Shown here: positions 1 to 10,220 of the stretch, in pieces
How positions within the stretch are numbered: the first letter of the stretch is position 1
Layout of the letters: every line of letters starts with the position of its first letter
Source: a virus
Strand: one strand, 5' to 3'
DNA length: 64,000 bases
Virus genome (UHGV): UHGV-0038492
Position numbers and translations under genes: made by a program
Notes under the pieces: generated by a model
What the model was told of the DNA's origin: nothing
Database searches by the model: none
Seen by the model: the letters and a program-made list of their open reading frames with translations, nothing else

Positions 1-2
1 GT

Positions 3-317
3 GTAAGTTATTTCAATGCATCAACAGAGTCCATGGTACTAGGAGTATCCACACACGCAATCAGTCAAACTGAAACGGAATCTAAACGTAACAGCAAAGG
101 CGGTAAAACGGTTAACCTTAACGACCGTACGAAGCACGCTTCTGCATCGCACCTCGAATGCGGTAACGTTTATTACATTCCGAAGTCGTCCCCATTCAAA
201 TGGGGTGTCCTTAACCCGTATATGAAAACTAACCGTCAATTAGTGATGGTTCGTAATCCAAAACTTGACGAGTTAATCCAAGCAACCGAAGAAGACATTG
301 CGAAGATTGGCCGTTAA
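3..317 (+). CDS. hypothetical protein, 3' fragment (ORF open to window start)
   Basis: Frame is open from base 3 to the stop at 315-317; no RBS before the internal ATG at 33, so the gene probably starts upstream of the window. Confidence 0.4.
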   Translation, partial: VSYFNASTESMVLGVSTHAISQTETESKRNSKGGKTVNLNDRTKHASASHLECGNVYYIPKSSPFKWGVLNPYMKTNRQLVMVRNPKLDELIQATEEDIAKIGR

Positions 318-356
318 CCACGAAAGACGTATTAAGACCTATTAGGAGAATTAAGA

Positions 357-1967
357 ATGGCAAGCTACAGCGAAACTCGTGAATTTATCTTGAAAGTTTT
401 TATGGCTAAACAGGATCAGCTGTTGAACTATCTCGTCGACGCGATGAATGCGAAAGGGATAAAAGAAGATCCGTTTGTTAATGCAGCGTGTATTGTGGGT
501 AACTGGTATCTGCAAAACCGTCGTCCTAGCGACCAGACTAACGTTGCGGTTATCGAAACCTTTAAGGCAACGCTCTATAGCCGTCTGTTAGGTTTAGGTC
601 TGACCCCGTTGCAGCCGGACATTCATAGCGCGTTAGAGAAAGCGTTTGTGCTGGCGAATCAGCTTGCAGAAGAAGCTCGTCGTGCCGGGCAGGGTGGCTT
701 CGGTGTACGTACTGAACCGGTTAACTTCGGTATTCAGAATTCGCAAAATGCGCAACCAACTGCACCGATTCAGGGTTCTTCTGTACCAATGGCCAGCTAT
801 ACTCCGGCCGGTGTAACAGTGCAACCTGTACAACCCGCTCCGGTATTCGGTGGTACTCAGCAACCTCAACCTCAACCGCAAACACAGCCTGCTATTATTC
901 AGCCGACTGTTCCGCAGGAAGTGATGAACAAAAGCAAGCCTGTGGATATGAATAAGGAAACGATGGATGATATCATTCAACGTGCTAACCGTCCTCACCA
1001 TGACATTTTGCGGGTAGAAATTGTGGAAGACTATTTAGATCACGAGCTGAAAGAAAAGATTCAGCAAAACGTTGTTTCGCCGAAAGAAGCCAACACACGC
1101 GTCAAGAATTCTGTGTATGCAGAACATCGTGACTGGGGTGATAAGGTTAGTGAACTGGTTGAAGATAACGACAAACAATATTGCTCGTATGACGATGCGG
1201 GTATCATGGTGAAAGTCGAAAGCGAATATCGTCTGTATCCGATGGCACAGACTGAAACTTCTGCGGTGTATCTCCAGGAGTTTTATAGTTCGGTTCGCCA
1301 GATTATCGACGATCTCGATACCGTACGTGATATTGACGATATTGAAAAGCTGATGGAGCGTGTTTCTAATGACGTCTTCAGACTGCGTGATCTTGCACAA
1401 CGTTTGTTAATGTACTTCCTCACCAAATCTGATGAGAATGAAACGTATCGTAGCGAATGTTCAGCGTTTACTCGTCGTTTCATTGCAACATTAACTGTGC
1501 TGGTTCACAACGCCATCTCCGTGGCATCTGCTTATGGTAAAGACGTTCCGGGTACGAAATTCGTACAGTTGGAATGCTGCCTGGATGACATGACCTACTT
1601 TAAAGAGACGGTGTACGGTCGTACCATCGGTGAAAACGGCGTGAGCAAGTCTGCGGATTATTTCCGTGAAATGTTCCTGCTGATCGCGCGTTCTCTGCGT
1701 AAGCTGCACATTCGACTGACCTGCGATAATAAAGCCATTGAACTGTCTCAGGTAACGTACACGATTTCTCTGCAAGCAGATTATCAATCCGCTAACGATC
1801 GCCACATCGTGGAAATCTCATCATTTGGTAATAGCTTCGAACCGATTGTTTCAATCTACGAAGTCATTAACCAGAAAGCACCAGAAGCGTTCATTAAACT
1901 TAAGACCCCGTCTCACGTTTATTCGCTACTGAGCACAGGTGACGTTACTGCACCGGTTCGTTATTAA
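357..1967 (+). CDS. hypothetical protein with central Pro/Gln-rich linker
   Basis: 536-aa ORF; AGGAG RBS about 10 nt upstream of ATG; low-complexity linker PQPQPQTQP between two ordered halves; no catalytic motif recognised. Confidence 0.8.
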   Translation: MASYSETREFILKVFMAKQDQLLNYLVDAMNAKGIKEDPFVNAACIVGNWYLQNRRPSDQTNVAVIETFKATLYSRLLGLGLTPLQPDIHSALEKAFVLANQLAEEARRAGQGGFGVRTEPVNFGIQNSQNAQPTAPIQGSSVPMASYTPAGVTVQPVQPAPVFGGTQQPQPQPQTQPAIIQPTVPQEVMNKSKPVDMNKETMDDIIQRANRPHHDILRVEIVEDYLDHELKEKIQQNVVSPKEANTRVKNSVYAEHRDWGDKVSELVEDNDKQYCSYDDAGIMVKVESEYRLYPMAQTETSAVYLQEFYSSVRQIIDDLDTVRDIDDIEKLMERVSNDVFRLRDLAQRLLMYFLTKSDENETYRSECSAFTRRFIATLTVLVHNAISVASAYGKDVPGTKFVQLECCLDDMTYFKETVYGRTIGENGVSKSADYFREMFLLIARSLRKLHIRLTCDNKAIELSQVTYTISLQADYQSANDRHIVEISSFGNSFEPIVSIYEVINQKAPEAFIKLKTPSHVYSLLSTGDVTAPVRY

Positions 1968-2011
1968 GTTTGGATTGGGGGTGGAAACATCCCCATTTTT
2001 AAGGAGTGCGT

Positions 2012-2260
2012 ATGGCCGCTTATGTTGATTACAGTAAAGCCAAGATAGAGCTAAACGTAATTGATACCGTAGAGCGTTTAAAGCAACAACTTTCTTTGGA
2101 GTTATATCAACTTCGCGTCCGTATTCACGAGCGTGAACAACTTATTGAGAAACGTCCATTATTTATCGACGAGAAGCAGGTAAAACTTATCACTGCGGAG
2201 TTAGAAGTTATGGCCGCAGAGAAACTGTTACTCGAAGAACGTATCGCTGCTATTGGTTAA
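2012..2260 (+). CDS. small coiled-coil protein
   Basis: AAGGAG RBS 5 nt upstream of ATG at 2012 (track start 2006 is a GTG inside the RBS); heptad-like Leu/Glu-rich sequence; followed by hairpin terminator. Confidence 0.6.
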   Translation: MAAYVDYSKAKIELNVIDTVERLKQQLSLELYQLRVRIHEREQLIEKRPLFIDEKQVKLITAELEVMAAEKLLLEERIAAIG

Positions 2261-2270
2261 TCACCACACA

Positions 2271-2302
2271 AGGAGAGCCTAGGCTCTCCTCCTTTCTTTT
2301 TT
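2271..2302 (+). terminator. intrinsic terminator
   Basis: AGGAGAGCCTAGGCTCTCCT stem-loop followed by a T-run. Confidence 0.7.
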
Positions 2303-2344
2303 ATTCCCAAATTTATTATAGTACCCACTCATTAGGGAATTAAG

Positions 2345-2644
2345 ATGATTAAGTATATTGCAATCAATGTAAACTACGAACGTAACCCACGTTTTCGTTT
2401 TGAGTTACCTGAAACCAAAGCAACCATGGAGTTTAATCGTTACCTGTTAGAACATTCAAACACCAAAATCAATCACGGTAGATACTGGCTTATCTACTAT
2501 AATGCCCGTAATGAGTTACTGAAAGCCGTCAAGAAATCAGGTCAGTCAGAACTGTTAGCGAAACTGATGGCGTTTGATGGCGATCCTTTAGCAATAGGAA
2601 TTATGTTAGACCTTGCTATCAATAAAGACGAAATAGCATGGTGA
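2345..2644 (+). CDS. hypothetical protein
   Basis: 99-aa ORF with ATG and weak GGGA RBS; followed by bidirectional terminator. Confidence 0.55.
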   Translation: MIKYIAINVNYERNPRFRFELPETKATMEFNRYLLEHSNTKINHGRYWLIYYNARNELLKAVKKSGQSELLAKLMAFDGDPLAIGIMLDLAINKDEIAW

Positions 2645-2657
2645 AAAAAAGAAAGCT

Positions 2658-2704
2658 ACTCCGACCCCAGAAGGGTCGGAGTAAGCTCGAATTATTTTTT
2701 TTTT
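2658..2704. terminator. bidirectional terminator between convergent genes
   Basis: CTCCGACCC-CAGAA-GGGTCGGAG hairpin flanked by an A-run upstream and T11 downstream. Confidence 0.7.
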
Positions 2705-2709
2705 GCTAT

Positions 2710-5379
2710 TTAGAGAGTTTCATCGGTGTTGTCGTCTGTACCGGTATCCGTCTCGTCCGTGCCCTCAGTTGAAACTTCTTCTTCCGTTGTCGTATCGGTT
2801 TCCGTCGTTTCATCATCGGTCATGTCCAAGTCTTCATCACCGCCCAGATCGTCGCCACCAAAGTCGTTGCCCCCGCCGAAGTTATTGGCGTCTTCAGGAT
2901 TCAAATCAGCCGCTTTTGCTATCGTCTGAACTTTACCGGTCGCACGTTTTGCTAACTGAATCAGCGTCTTCGATGCTGCTGCAATTTCATCAGAAATCAT
3001 CTTGACGTTTTCACCACGTTTATCTTCATCGTAGATCAAATCAAACAGATCGGTTTCGATGCCCTGATTACGTAGCCAGTTGCGCGCGTAGAAGGTCTTA
3101 ACCATCGTCTTGAGGTCATCAGGTGACATTTCAATACCTTCGTTCTGAAGCATATTAGCAATGTCGTCCGTGACCACCAGATCTGCAAGTTTCTCGATAA
3201 ATTCATAGCGTTTATCGAAGAGATCAGCTTGAGATGCTGTTGCAGAAGTATCAGGCGGCGGCAAGGTGACCTTCATACCGTTTATAAACTTCGCCATATA
3301 CTCTGACGTTTGTTTTGTCATCTCTTCGCTAGTTACATTCGGATTCTGCTCACGGATATACTCAACGATAATACGGATGAGTTCTGCTTGCAGTTTCGGT
3401 GAAGCTTGCAGACTGTTTGTAACGTAGCGCGTAAGCGGGGTTGAGAGGATTTCCTGTTTCTTCACAATCTGTTGAGTAACCAACAGCGATTTAGAATAAA
3501 TCTGAGAAGCAAACTCCAGGTTCTCCGGGGTAAGTACAAGGTCAGGATCAACACACGCGATGTGACATGTACGGCGTAACAGGTTCTCGTCAATTTGTTG
3601 ATCAGGAACTTTATACTCCGGCGTGGTATCAGACACAGATACTTTGTGGCTGGCGTAGTAATCGTTACCCGTTACGTTAAAGGCAATCCCCGCGTTAGCC
3701 CCCATTGACCAGGCGTCGTTGATATCACCCCACATCGGCAGGCGACGATTGTAGGAATTAAGGATATCTGATTTAACTTGGTCAACAGTTTTTTGACCGT
3801 TTGCATCATCTGGTGACAGCTCAATGTCGTACTGCATGTGACGTGCCGAGTTCAGTACAGATGAGTTCATCGTTGCGAACAGCAGCGCCATCCTGACAGT
3901 AGAGATAATAAAGGAGCGCTCAGTAATAGAAACCCCGATACCGTCTTCGTTAAAGTCCGTTGCAAAATAGCACAAGTTATTAACCGGAATGTAAACCACC
4001 TGAGTATGACGTTTTGCGAGATGCCGCGCTAACAGAATACGACCGAATGTTTCGGTAATATTCATGCTGATTTCTGCGCCACCTAGTGCCTGACTTAATG
4101 CGCGTGCAAATTCGTTTTCAGCGATTTCACCACAACGTGTACTTAAACGGTTGGCGATTTCCGGGGTAATACGAGAAGTGTTCCCTAAGCCCAGATTAGA
4201 ACGGTTAATGATGCTGTCCGTCATCCCGTCGTTATTCAGGTAGTTCATAAAGTTCGCATCGCCGTACAGCGAGGAGCGAGCATTGATGAAGTTACCCATG
4301 TCATCTACGATGGTCAGATAACCGATAGGGTTACGAACGTCATCGCCAATTACCAGTGGCAGCGTTGACTCTGCGGGCAGTAAACGTTCGATGTATTCGA
4401 TTTTGTTATTCTCATCCATTGAGATAATAGGAATATCACCGTACGTTTGTGTTTTCGGTGTTGACTTATACGCCTCGTTTAAATCACCCAAGTTAATGAA
4501 CCCTTTTTCAGCAGCGTCACGCTGACGGTCATCGAAAGATTGATTAGGGTCGAACGGACTGCCACCGTTTGGTGTAGACGGCTTTTCATATGCGGCTTGC
4601 TCTAATTGCCCGTACAATCCCGTACGTGCGTTCTCATGCGCAATACGACGATACAAATCCGGCAGCATGGTAATGCGCGGGTTATCGGTAATCGTGATTT
4701 CCATCTGGAATTTATCCGAGAACATCGAATCGTGCTTACCGAAATCGATTTTCAATGTTTGTGGACCAGTAACGGCTCCGCGTAAACGGTTGAGAATTGA
4801 TTCTACACCAACTCGCTGCCCTTCTTTCGGCGCATTAATAGGCCCGAGGATACCAAGCTGTTGTTCGAAGAACGCCGTTTGAGAACGACGAATAGATTCA
4901 GTAGCGACCTTTGTATTCAGACCGAATAATTGGTCGAAGCCGGTATCCGAGATTATCATCACTGGACTTGCGCCTTTGGTTTTTAACGCATCGTAAATCC
5001 ACTGATATAATTTCTTAGGTAGCTGACGAATGTTATCGTGATAATCACGGGTCGGTGTCAGTAGCGCGTTACGCAGATCAATGGGGATGTCCGCGAAGTT
5101 GTCGTAAATCAACGTCGTGTTGATTAAGTCTTTTGTTGATAGCAGGCTCGAAGTTGCAATAGTAACGATTGTTTCGAGTTCAGGTAACGCATCAAAGATA
5201 CGTTCCGCATTTTTGATAGTACGAATACGTGAACTCGCAATTGCCGTGAGTTCTTGACGTGTTGGCGTAGAACCACCCTCGCTACGCGTACCGCGTTGTT
5301 GCTGAGGTGCTGGGCCCGTAGTTTTACGAAGAATTGCAGCTACGGCGGGGTCGCCCGTTAATTTACTAATATCGTCCAT
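2710..5379 (-). CDS. large hypothetical protein with strongly acidic C-terminal tail (possible virion protein)
   Basis: 889-aa ORF; last ~55 residues almost entirely D/E/T/G; no P-loop seen; a virion/portal-like role is speculation only. Confidence 0.8.
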   Translation of the reverse strand: MDDISKLTGDPAVAAILRKTTGPAPQQQRGTRSEGGSTPTRQELTAIASSRIRTIKNAERIFDALPELETIVTIATSSLLSTKDLINTTLIYDNFADIPIDLRNALLTPTRDYHDNIRQLPKKLYQWIYDALKTKGASPVMIISDTGFDQLFGLNTKVATESIRRSQTAFFEQQLGILGPINAPKEGQRVGVESILNRLRGAVTGPQTLKIDFGKHDSMFSDKFQMEITITDNPRITMLPDLYRRIAHENARTGLYGQLEQAAYEKPSTPNGGSPFDPNQSFDDRQRDAAEKGFINLGDLNEAYKSTPKTQTYGDIPIISMDENNKIEYIERLLPAESTLPLVIGDDVRNPIGYLTIVDDMGNFINARSSLYGDANFMNYLNNDGMTDSIINRSNLGLGNTSRITPEIANRLSTRCGEIAENEFARALSQALGGAEISMNITETFGRILLARHLAKRHTQVVYIPVNNLCYFATDFNEDGIGVSITERSFIISTVRMALLFATMNSSVLNSARHMQYDIELSPDDANGQKTVDQVKSDILNSYNRRLPMWGDINDAWSMGANAGIAFNVTGNDYYASHKVSVSDTTPEYKVPDQQIDENLLRRTCHIACVDPDLVLTPENLEFASQIYSKSLLVTQQIVKKQEILSTPLTRYVTNSLQASPKLQAELIRIIVEYIREQNPNVTSEEMTKQTSEYMAKFINGMKVTLPPPDTSATASQADLFDKRYEFIEKLADLVVTDDIANMLQNEGIEMSPDDLKTMVKTFYARNWLRNQGIETDLFDLIYDEDKRGENVKMISDEIAAASKTLIQLAKRATGKVQTIAKAADLNPEDANNFGGGNDFGGDDLGGDEDLDMTDDETTETDTTTEEEVSTEGTDETDTGTDDNTDETL

Positions 5380-5390
5380 TGGGGTCTCCG

Positions 5391-7574
5391 ATGCAGAGAT
5401 TTAACATATTTCGTGAACAGAACATCGCGTTGGCGAAATCACTGATTATTAAATCAGAATCAATCGCACAACAGATGAATCTGGCAATAACCGAGAACGG
5501 CGGTTTCGTTTCCGATAACCGAAGTACGTGGCGATACTACCTGCATTTAGCAGGACAACGTCACGAATGGGATAAGCCCATTTACATAACGTCGCTCGAC
5601 ACGCAAGAGCAGATAGAATTAACGACAGCCAACCTGTCCCGTCATAAAAAGACCTCAAACGTATTTCGTTCGAACGGCGAGTACATTGAGGAGCTGATCA
5701 GAACGTATCCTGACTACGCGATTTATATCCGGGGTGTGTTTAATCCGGTGGATATAAACTACGCCATCCGTGTGGCTGACTGCTCTATCCTCTATTACGA
5801 CAGTTCATTAGTGGAGTCGCAAGAGACGTCGCTGATGTCGAGATTGGAAGACAGAATAAGGGCAGCTCACGTTCGCTATATGTCAGAAGGGTGGAAAGTT
5901 CACAACGATGCGTTCGTGTTAGCATTCTACTGTATTCTGTATCCGCAGCTACCCGGCATTATCGGCTATATCCGTTCTTCTTTACAGCATACCACGGAAA
6001 CACATTCTTTTTACGTGACCGAGTTCTTAGCATCACACCAAGAACTTCACGAGTTTATGCCTTATCTGACCCAGAAACAGAAATTCATTCTGTATCGGAA
6101 TATTCGTTACTGGGAGCGTAATTCAGGGAAAGAGGAGATTTTCGACTGGCAGATTGATGCGCTACTGACAGGTTGGGGGATGCCTGCGGTCGGGTATAAT
6201 GTTGCGCAGCAGATACACGAACCGAAGGATGATGACGATTCCACGTTAACACCGTTACCGATTGGTTATCAGCAATCGCTTAACTATACGGAAAAGGATT
6301 CTGGTCGAGACCTTGACATTGTAACGACGACGGACATTATCCAGAAGGAAGTCGCGTTAGCGTACAATAACCCGGCGTACGAACCGGAGTATCAAGAAGA
6401 CTTAGATACCCGTTTAAGTTTAACGCAATACCCTAACCTAAAAACCAAACTCATTGAAGTTACAGCAGTCGATCCAGAAGCGATTGAGCGCTTCGAGTAT
6501 CTGCATAACCTCTTTAACGAATGGGTACATCTCGTCGCGAAAGGGAAATACAACATTTACCACGAGATTCTTAACCCAACAAACGGGGATACCTTAAAGC
6601 TTAGCTCAAAAGAGTTATTGGCGCTGTTCTTGTACGCGGCGTATAAAGGGTATTCTGACGTTGCGTTAGAAGAGATTCCTGTGTTCAACGTATTCGGGGT
6701 GTTAATCAAACGCTGGGTTCCATTCGATGAAATGGAACAACATTTAATCCCGAGCTGGGAAAACCGTTTCGATGCGTTGATTAACTATTATACCGATACG
6801 CACACAGAAGTCGTCGGAACGATTCTTAGTGCTGATGAACTTTACGACACGGTTAATGAAATCATTACCCAGAAACGCCGTCGTTGGCGTTATAGCCAAA
6901 ACCGTCGGAAGATTCCTGACCGCGCTGCGGGCTTGATGCTGTTTAACTACCATTATCGTGATTATCGTTGCGATTTAAAACTGAACTACCGTAACTACGA
7001 TGAGTTCTTTAAAACGTTTGGGTTAGACTATACGTTGGTTTCGGCGGAGACGTGGCAAGACATTGCTATTGATGCGTTTAACACCGCAACTAACCTGGAA
7101 ACCCGCGCAACGATTTCACAGTCTGAGATTCAGCGTGCGATGGTACGACTGATGACGAAGCTGTCATCCTACACCGTACATTTTGCTGCACGAATGGGGT
7201 CAGATTCTTACGACGTTATGGACCCGCTCTGTCCTATCTTAGGGGATATCCCTATGAGTGGGGAGGGGACAATTACAATTATTGAACCCCTCTTAGGCGT
7301 ACAGCAAGTTACGCGTCACCAGTATATGTCCACCGACACTGTGTTACCGGCAGCGCCTGTTATTAAAGAACTGTCGATGCCACAGCACATCAAACTCAGG
7401 ATGAACATTTACATGGGTATCCGAGTGAAAGTAACACAGCAGGTTGTGGTGGATATTAACGAGCCGACTACCGGGGTTGTTAAAGTGAAATCTTCGCTTG
7501 ACGATTGGACGTTAAACGAACAGGTGAAAATTAACGATCTGGACGGCTTCACGCTTGACCAGCTACCTAAGTGA
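5391..7574 (+). CDS. hypothetical protein
   Basis: 727-aa ORF from ATG 5391 (track start 5379 is a TTG); diverges from the 889-aa gene with no intergenic space; no Walker motif seen. Confidence 0.75.
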   Translation: MQRFNIFREQNIALAKSLIIKSESIAQQMNLAITENGGFVSDNRSTWRYYLHLAGQRHEWDKPIYITSLDTQEQIELTTANLSRHKKTSNVFRSNGEYIEELIRTYPDYAIYIRGVFNPVDINYAIRVADCSILYYDSSLVESQETSLMSRLEDRIRAAHVRYMSEGWKVHNDAFVLAFYCILYPQLPGIIGYIRSSLQHTTETHSFYVTEFLASHQELHEFMPYLTQKQKFILYRNIRYWERNSGKEEIFDWQIDALLTGWGMPAVGYNVAQQIHEPKDDDDSTLTPLPIGYQQSLNYTEKDSGRDLDIVTTTDIIQKEVALAYNNPAYEPEYQEDLDTRLSLTQYPNLKTKLIEVTAVDPEAIERFEYLHNLFNEWVHLVAKGKYNIYHEILNPTNGDTLKLSSKELLALFLYAAYKGYSDVALEEIPVFNVFGVLIKRWVPFDEMEQHLIPSWENRFDALINYYTDTHTEVVGTILSADELYDTVNEIITQKRRRWRYSQNRRKIPDRAAGLMLFNYHYRDYRCDLKLNYRNYDEFFKTFGLDYTLVSAETWQDIAIDAFNTATNLETRATISQSEIQRAMVRLMTKLSSYTVHFAARMGSDSYDVMDPLCPILGDIPMSGEGTITIIEPLLGVQQVTRHQYMSTDTVLPAAPVIKELSMPQHIKLRMNIYMGIRVKVTQQVVVDINEPTTGVVKVKSSLDDWTLNEQVKINDLDGFTLDQLPK

Positions 7575-7581
7575 GAAAACC

Positions 7582-8109
7582 ATGGCATATCGCGTCGACT
7601 TAACGAAAACTCCGAAACAAATTCTGGTAGATCGTATTAACTACGTTTTCGGGGTATCCTATACCACTGATAACATCGATTTTAACGATAAAGGTGTGCA
7701 ACCACTGACGAAAGACGAAGCCCGTCGTTACGGACTGGAATCGAAAGTGGCCGCTGACTTTAAAAACGGTGTTACAGGGAACCAGGAATTCATCTTAACC
7801 CGTGTTGACCTGGCAACGTTCTTAGCTGACGAACCGGTTACGGTACCGAAAGGCGAAGTAACCAGCAGCCAAGAACTGGCAGACTATATCGTTGCCCAGA
7901 CCGGTATTGATTTGACCCAAGACGACATTATGATCGAGCCTATCAGTGAGGAACTCGATTCTTATGATGTTCGCTTAGTCCCGAATCACTTATCTTTTAA
8001 AGGAACGATTCCGGTCGTATTTACTGACCCCACACCACGCACGTTGGCGTCTCTCGTGACGAAACTTGCGCTGGACGGGTTCCGCCCTGGAGAATTAATC
8101 AATGTCTAA
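7582..8109 (+). CDS. hypothetical protein, distant member of the fibre-associated small-protein family
   Basis: ATG at 7582; contains the motif ELADYIVAQTGIDLTQDDI resembling the xNLxPxDL motif of ORFs at 27860, 38024, 47326 and 48188. Confidence 0.6.
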   Translation: MAYRVDLTKTPKQILVDRINYVFGVSYTTDNIDFNDKGVQPLTKDEARRYGLESKVAADFKNGVTGNQEFILTRVDLATFLADEPVTVPKGEVTSSQELADYIVAQTGIDLTQDDIMIEPISEELDSYDVRLVPNHLSFKGTIPVVFTDPTPRTLASLVTKLALDGFRPGELINV

Positions 8110-8989
8110 TGTCAAAGTTTACGACGGTAAACTCTCGACGGTAACACTTAATGCGATGCGTCTGGCTACCGCATTAATTACCGGTGCCGATGTGCAATAC
8201 CCACAGAAGTCCACACTGAATGAGTTTTATAAACTCATGCAAACCCCAGTGCCGGACGGTAAAGCACGTCCCCATTTGCAGTACATGGCGATTGGTAACC
8301 GTGGCCATATGGTCGACACATCAGACGTTGTTGCTGATGTTGTTCCTGTAGCTAAAGAACCTATCGCGTCCGGGATGTTTTCACGCGTTCCGTTTGTCCT
8401 GCGTACTAAAGACAACGATTTGTCTGATGAACAGCGTAAGAACTACGCTTTCCGTACTCTGGAAACCATCAACAAACGTGAGTATTGGGCGTACTACTTA
8501 AAACGCATTGACATGCGTGCAGTAAAAACTACCGACTACGACATTAAGCGTGAGAACGGTGTTGAAACTGTAGAAGACTTTGTCTATACGGATACTGAAC
8601 TGAACCCGGTACCGAAAGTGTTGCCGGACTACGATTACGATGATGACGGTACCGTTGCAATTCCTGACGGCCGTTATGTGGAATCAGGTGCAGACCTGGT
8701 TATTCCGTGGACGGACTTTGACGTTCAGGAGTACATGAACGTGACCAGCATTATGCGCGGTAGCCCTCGTAGTTCGATTATCTCTGAACTGGCACTGTGC
8801 TCTGGCTTAGACCAGGTAACGTCCGGTGACTCTGCTACAGGTTCGAAGTTCAGCTACACTGAAGCTATCGGTGTACAAGCCCTGTATTACATTTCGATGT
8901 TTACTAACCTGGCGCAGACGAACGATAAACTGTCACTGACAATCCGTATCGGTCAACCTGCACCGTTCTTCTTAGGGACAGCGAATTAA
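8102..8989 (+). CDS. hypothetical protein
   Basis: 295-aa ORF, GGAGAA RBS, start overlaps upstream stop. Confidence 0.7.
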   Translation: MSNVKVYDGKLSTVTLNAMRLATALITGADVQYPQKSTLNEFYKLMQTPVPDGKARPHLQYMAIGNRGHMVDTSDVVADVVPVAKEPIASGMFSRVPFVLRTKDNDLSDEQRKNYAFRTLETINKREYWAYYLKRIDMRAVKTTDYDIKRENGVETVEDFVYTDTELNPVPKVLPDYDYDDDGTVAIPDGRYVESGADLVIPWTDFDVQEYMNVTSIMRGSPRSSIISELALCSGLDQVTSGDSATGSKFSYTEAIGVQALYYISMFTNLAQTNDKLSLTIRIGQPAPFFLGTAN

Positions 8990-9633
8990 TGTTGATTCCT
9001 GAGCCGAGACTTCCCGATAAAATGGTCAGGATCGCGGCGATAGACCCCGGTACGAGCCATCTCGGGATGGCGGTGCTGGATTGGGAATATGGCAGCGACC
9101 AAGCCGAAGTGGTGTGGGCTGATACCATGCACGTATTAGACCCAACACATCCAAGTGCGTTTGCAGAGTGTGTCGGTAAACGCGACGATCGCTTAGTAAA
9201 ACTCGAAGCGTGCTACCGTGAGTTTCTTCGGATTGCGCGTCCGACGTTTGTTGCAACAGAAACGCCGTTTATGCGGCGGGCAAAACTCTCCGCGTATGAG
9301 TCTGGTGTAGAGTTACAGCTGATGTTAAGACGGGCGTTATGGGACGTGTTTCCAGAGAAAGTGTTACACGGGTTCAATCCGATTATTGTAAAATCATTCG
9401 TCGGTGTGGAAGCGAAAGGAACGGACAAAACAGATATGTTTCGTGCCGTAACGAAGTTGTATCGCGACCACGCGTTGTTTGACATTACAACGTTGGATGA
9501 GCACAGTATCGATGCCGTGGCGGTGGGGAATATCTTTGTCAGGGTAAACCTGTTAAACTTGAATAGTCTCCTACCGCCAAAACAAAAGTCTGCTAAGACA
9601 GCAAAACGGCGGAGAAGACGTCGGAGGAAATAG
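8989..9633 (+). CDS. RuvC/RNase-H-fold protein (putative Holliday-junction resolvase) with poly-Arg C-terminal tail
   Basis: N-terminal RIAAIDPGTSHLGMAVLD resembles the first catalytic strand of RuvC-family resolvases; C-terminus KRRRRRRRK. Confidence 0.5.
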   Translation: MLIPEPRLPDKMVRIAAIDPGTSHLGMAVLDWEYGSDQAEVVWADTMHVLDPTHPSAFAECVGKRDDRLVKLEACYREFLRIARPTFVATETPFMRRAKLSAYESGVELQLMLRRALWDVFPEKVLHGFNPIIVKSFVGVEAKGTDKTDMFRAVTKLYRDHALFDITTLDEHSIDAVAVGNIFVRVNLLNLNSLLPPKQKSAKTAKRRRRRRRK

Positions 9634-9635
9634 CG

Positions 9636-10214
9636 ATGTCGCAACCAACACAAGACGTGTCAGCCGCAATTCTTGACATTCTTATCCAAGCAGGGAACAG
9701 AAAGTTAAGTAAAGAGCAGTCCGAAGAACTGTCTAAGATTCTCAAAGACAACTTCGGTGATGATGTCTCTGTAGACGTAACGCGGTCGGGTACAAAGATT
9801 CTGTCGGAGCTACGCCCAACGCTTCTTGAGAACATTGGAAAGATGGCGGAAAACTTTCAGCAGCAAGCCACAAATGCTGTAGAGAGTTTAGGTGACGAAG
9901 TAAGCAAAGAAACGATGTTGACACTGTGGCCGAAACTTGCCGGTGCACAGAAGTTCATTATTGTTCTGCTTGCACTCGCCACTGTGGTCGTGACAGGCTT
10001 CTTAGCGTACGACACGCATCAGAACTATCCAACAGACAGTATGGAAGTGTTGTTTGTATCCTTACTTCCGCTGTTCGGACTGGTAGTATTTGCAACGTGG
10101 CCGATTAAAACGTTGGCTTACAAGTCGTTGGAGATTGCTACCAAAGTTGTCGAGAAGAAACTTGAGAAATCAGGTCAGGTCGTCGCGAAGACGGAAACAA
10201 AGACAACGAAATAA
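9636..10214 (+). CDS. membrane protein (two predicted TM helices)
   Basis: GGAGG RBS; hydrophobic segments FIIVLLALATVVVTGFLAY and LFVSLLPLFGLVVFATW; followed by terminator. Confidence 0.65.
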   Translation: MSQPTQDVSAAILDILIQAGNRKLSKEQSEELSKILKDNFGDDVSVDVTRSGTKILSELRPTLLENIGKMAENFQQQATNAVESLGDEVSKETMLTLWPKLAGAQKFIIVLLALATVVVTGFLAYDTHQNYPTDSMEVLFVSLLPLFGLVVFATWPIKTLAYKSLEIATKVVEKKLEKSGQVVAKTETKTTK

Positions 10215-10220
10215 AACCAA

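Noticed and set aside
633-1805. Minus-strand ORFs of 100-120 aa inside the 536-aa plus-strand gene
   Set aside because: They lie antisense within a long well-formed ORF, lack RBS and have no motifs; typical shadow ORFs. The same applies to 13824-14582, 32417-33190, 48337-48900, 51386-51748 and 61561-62037.
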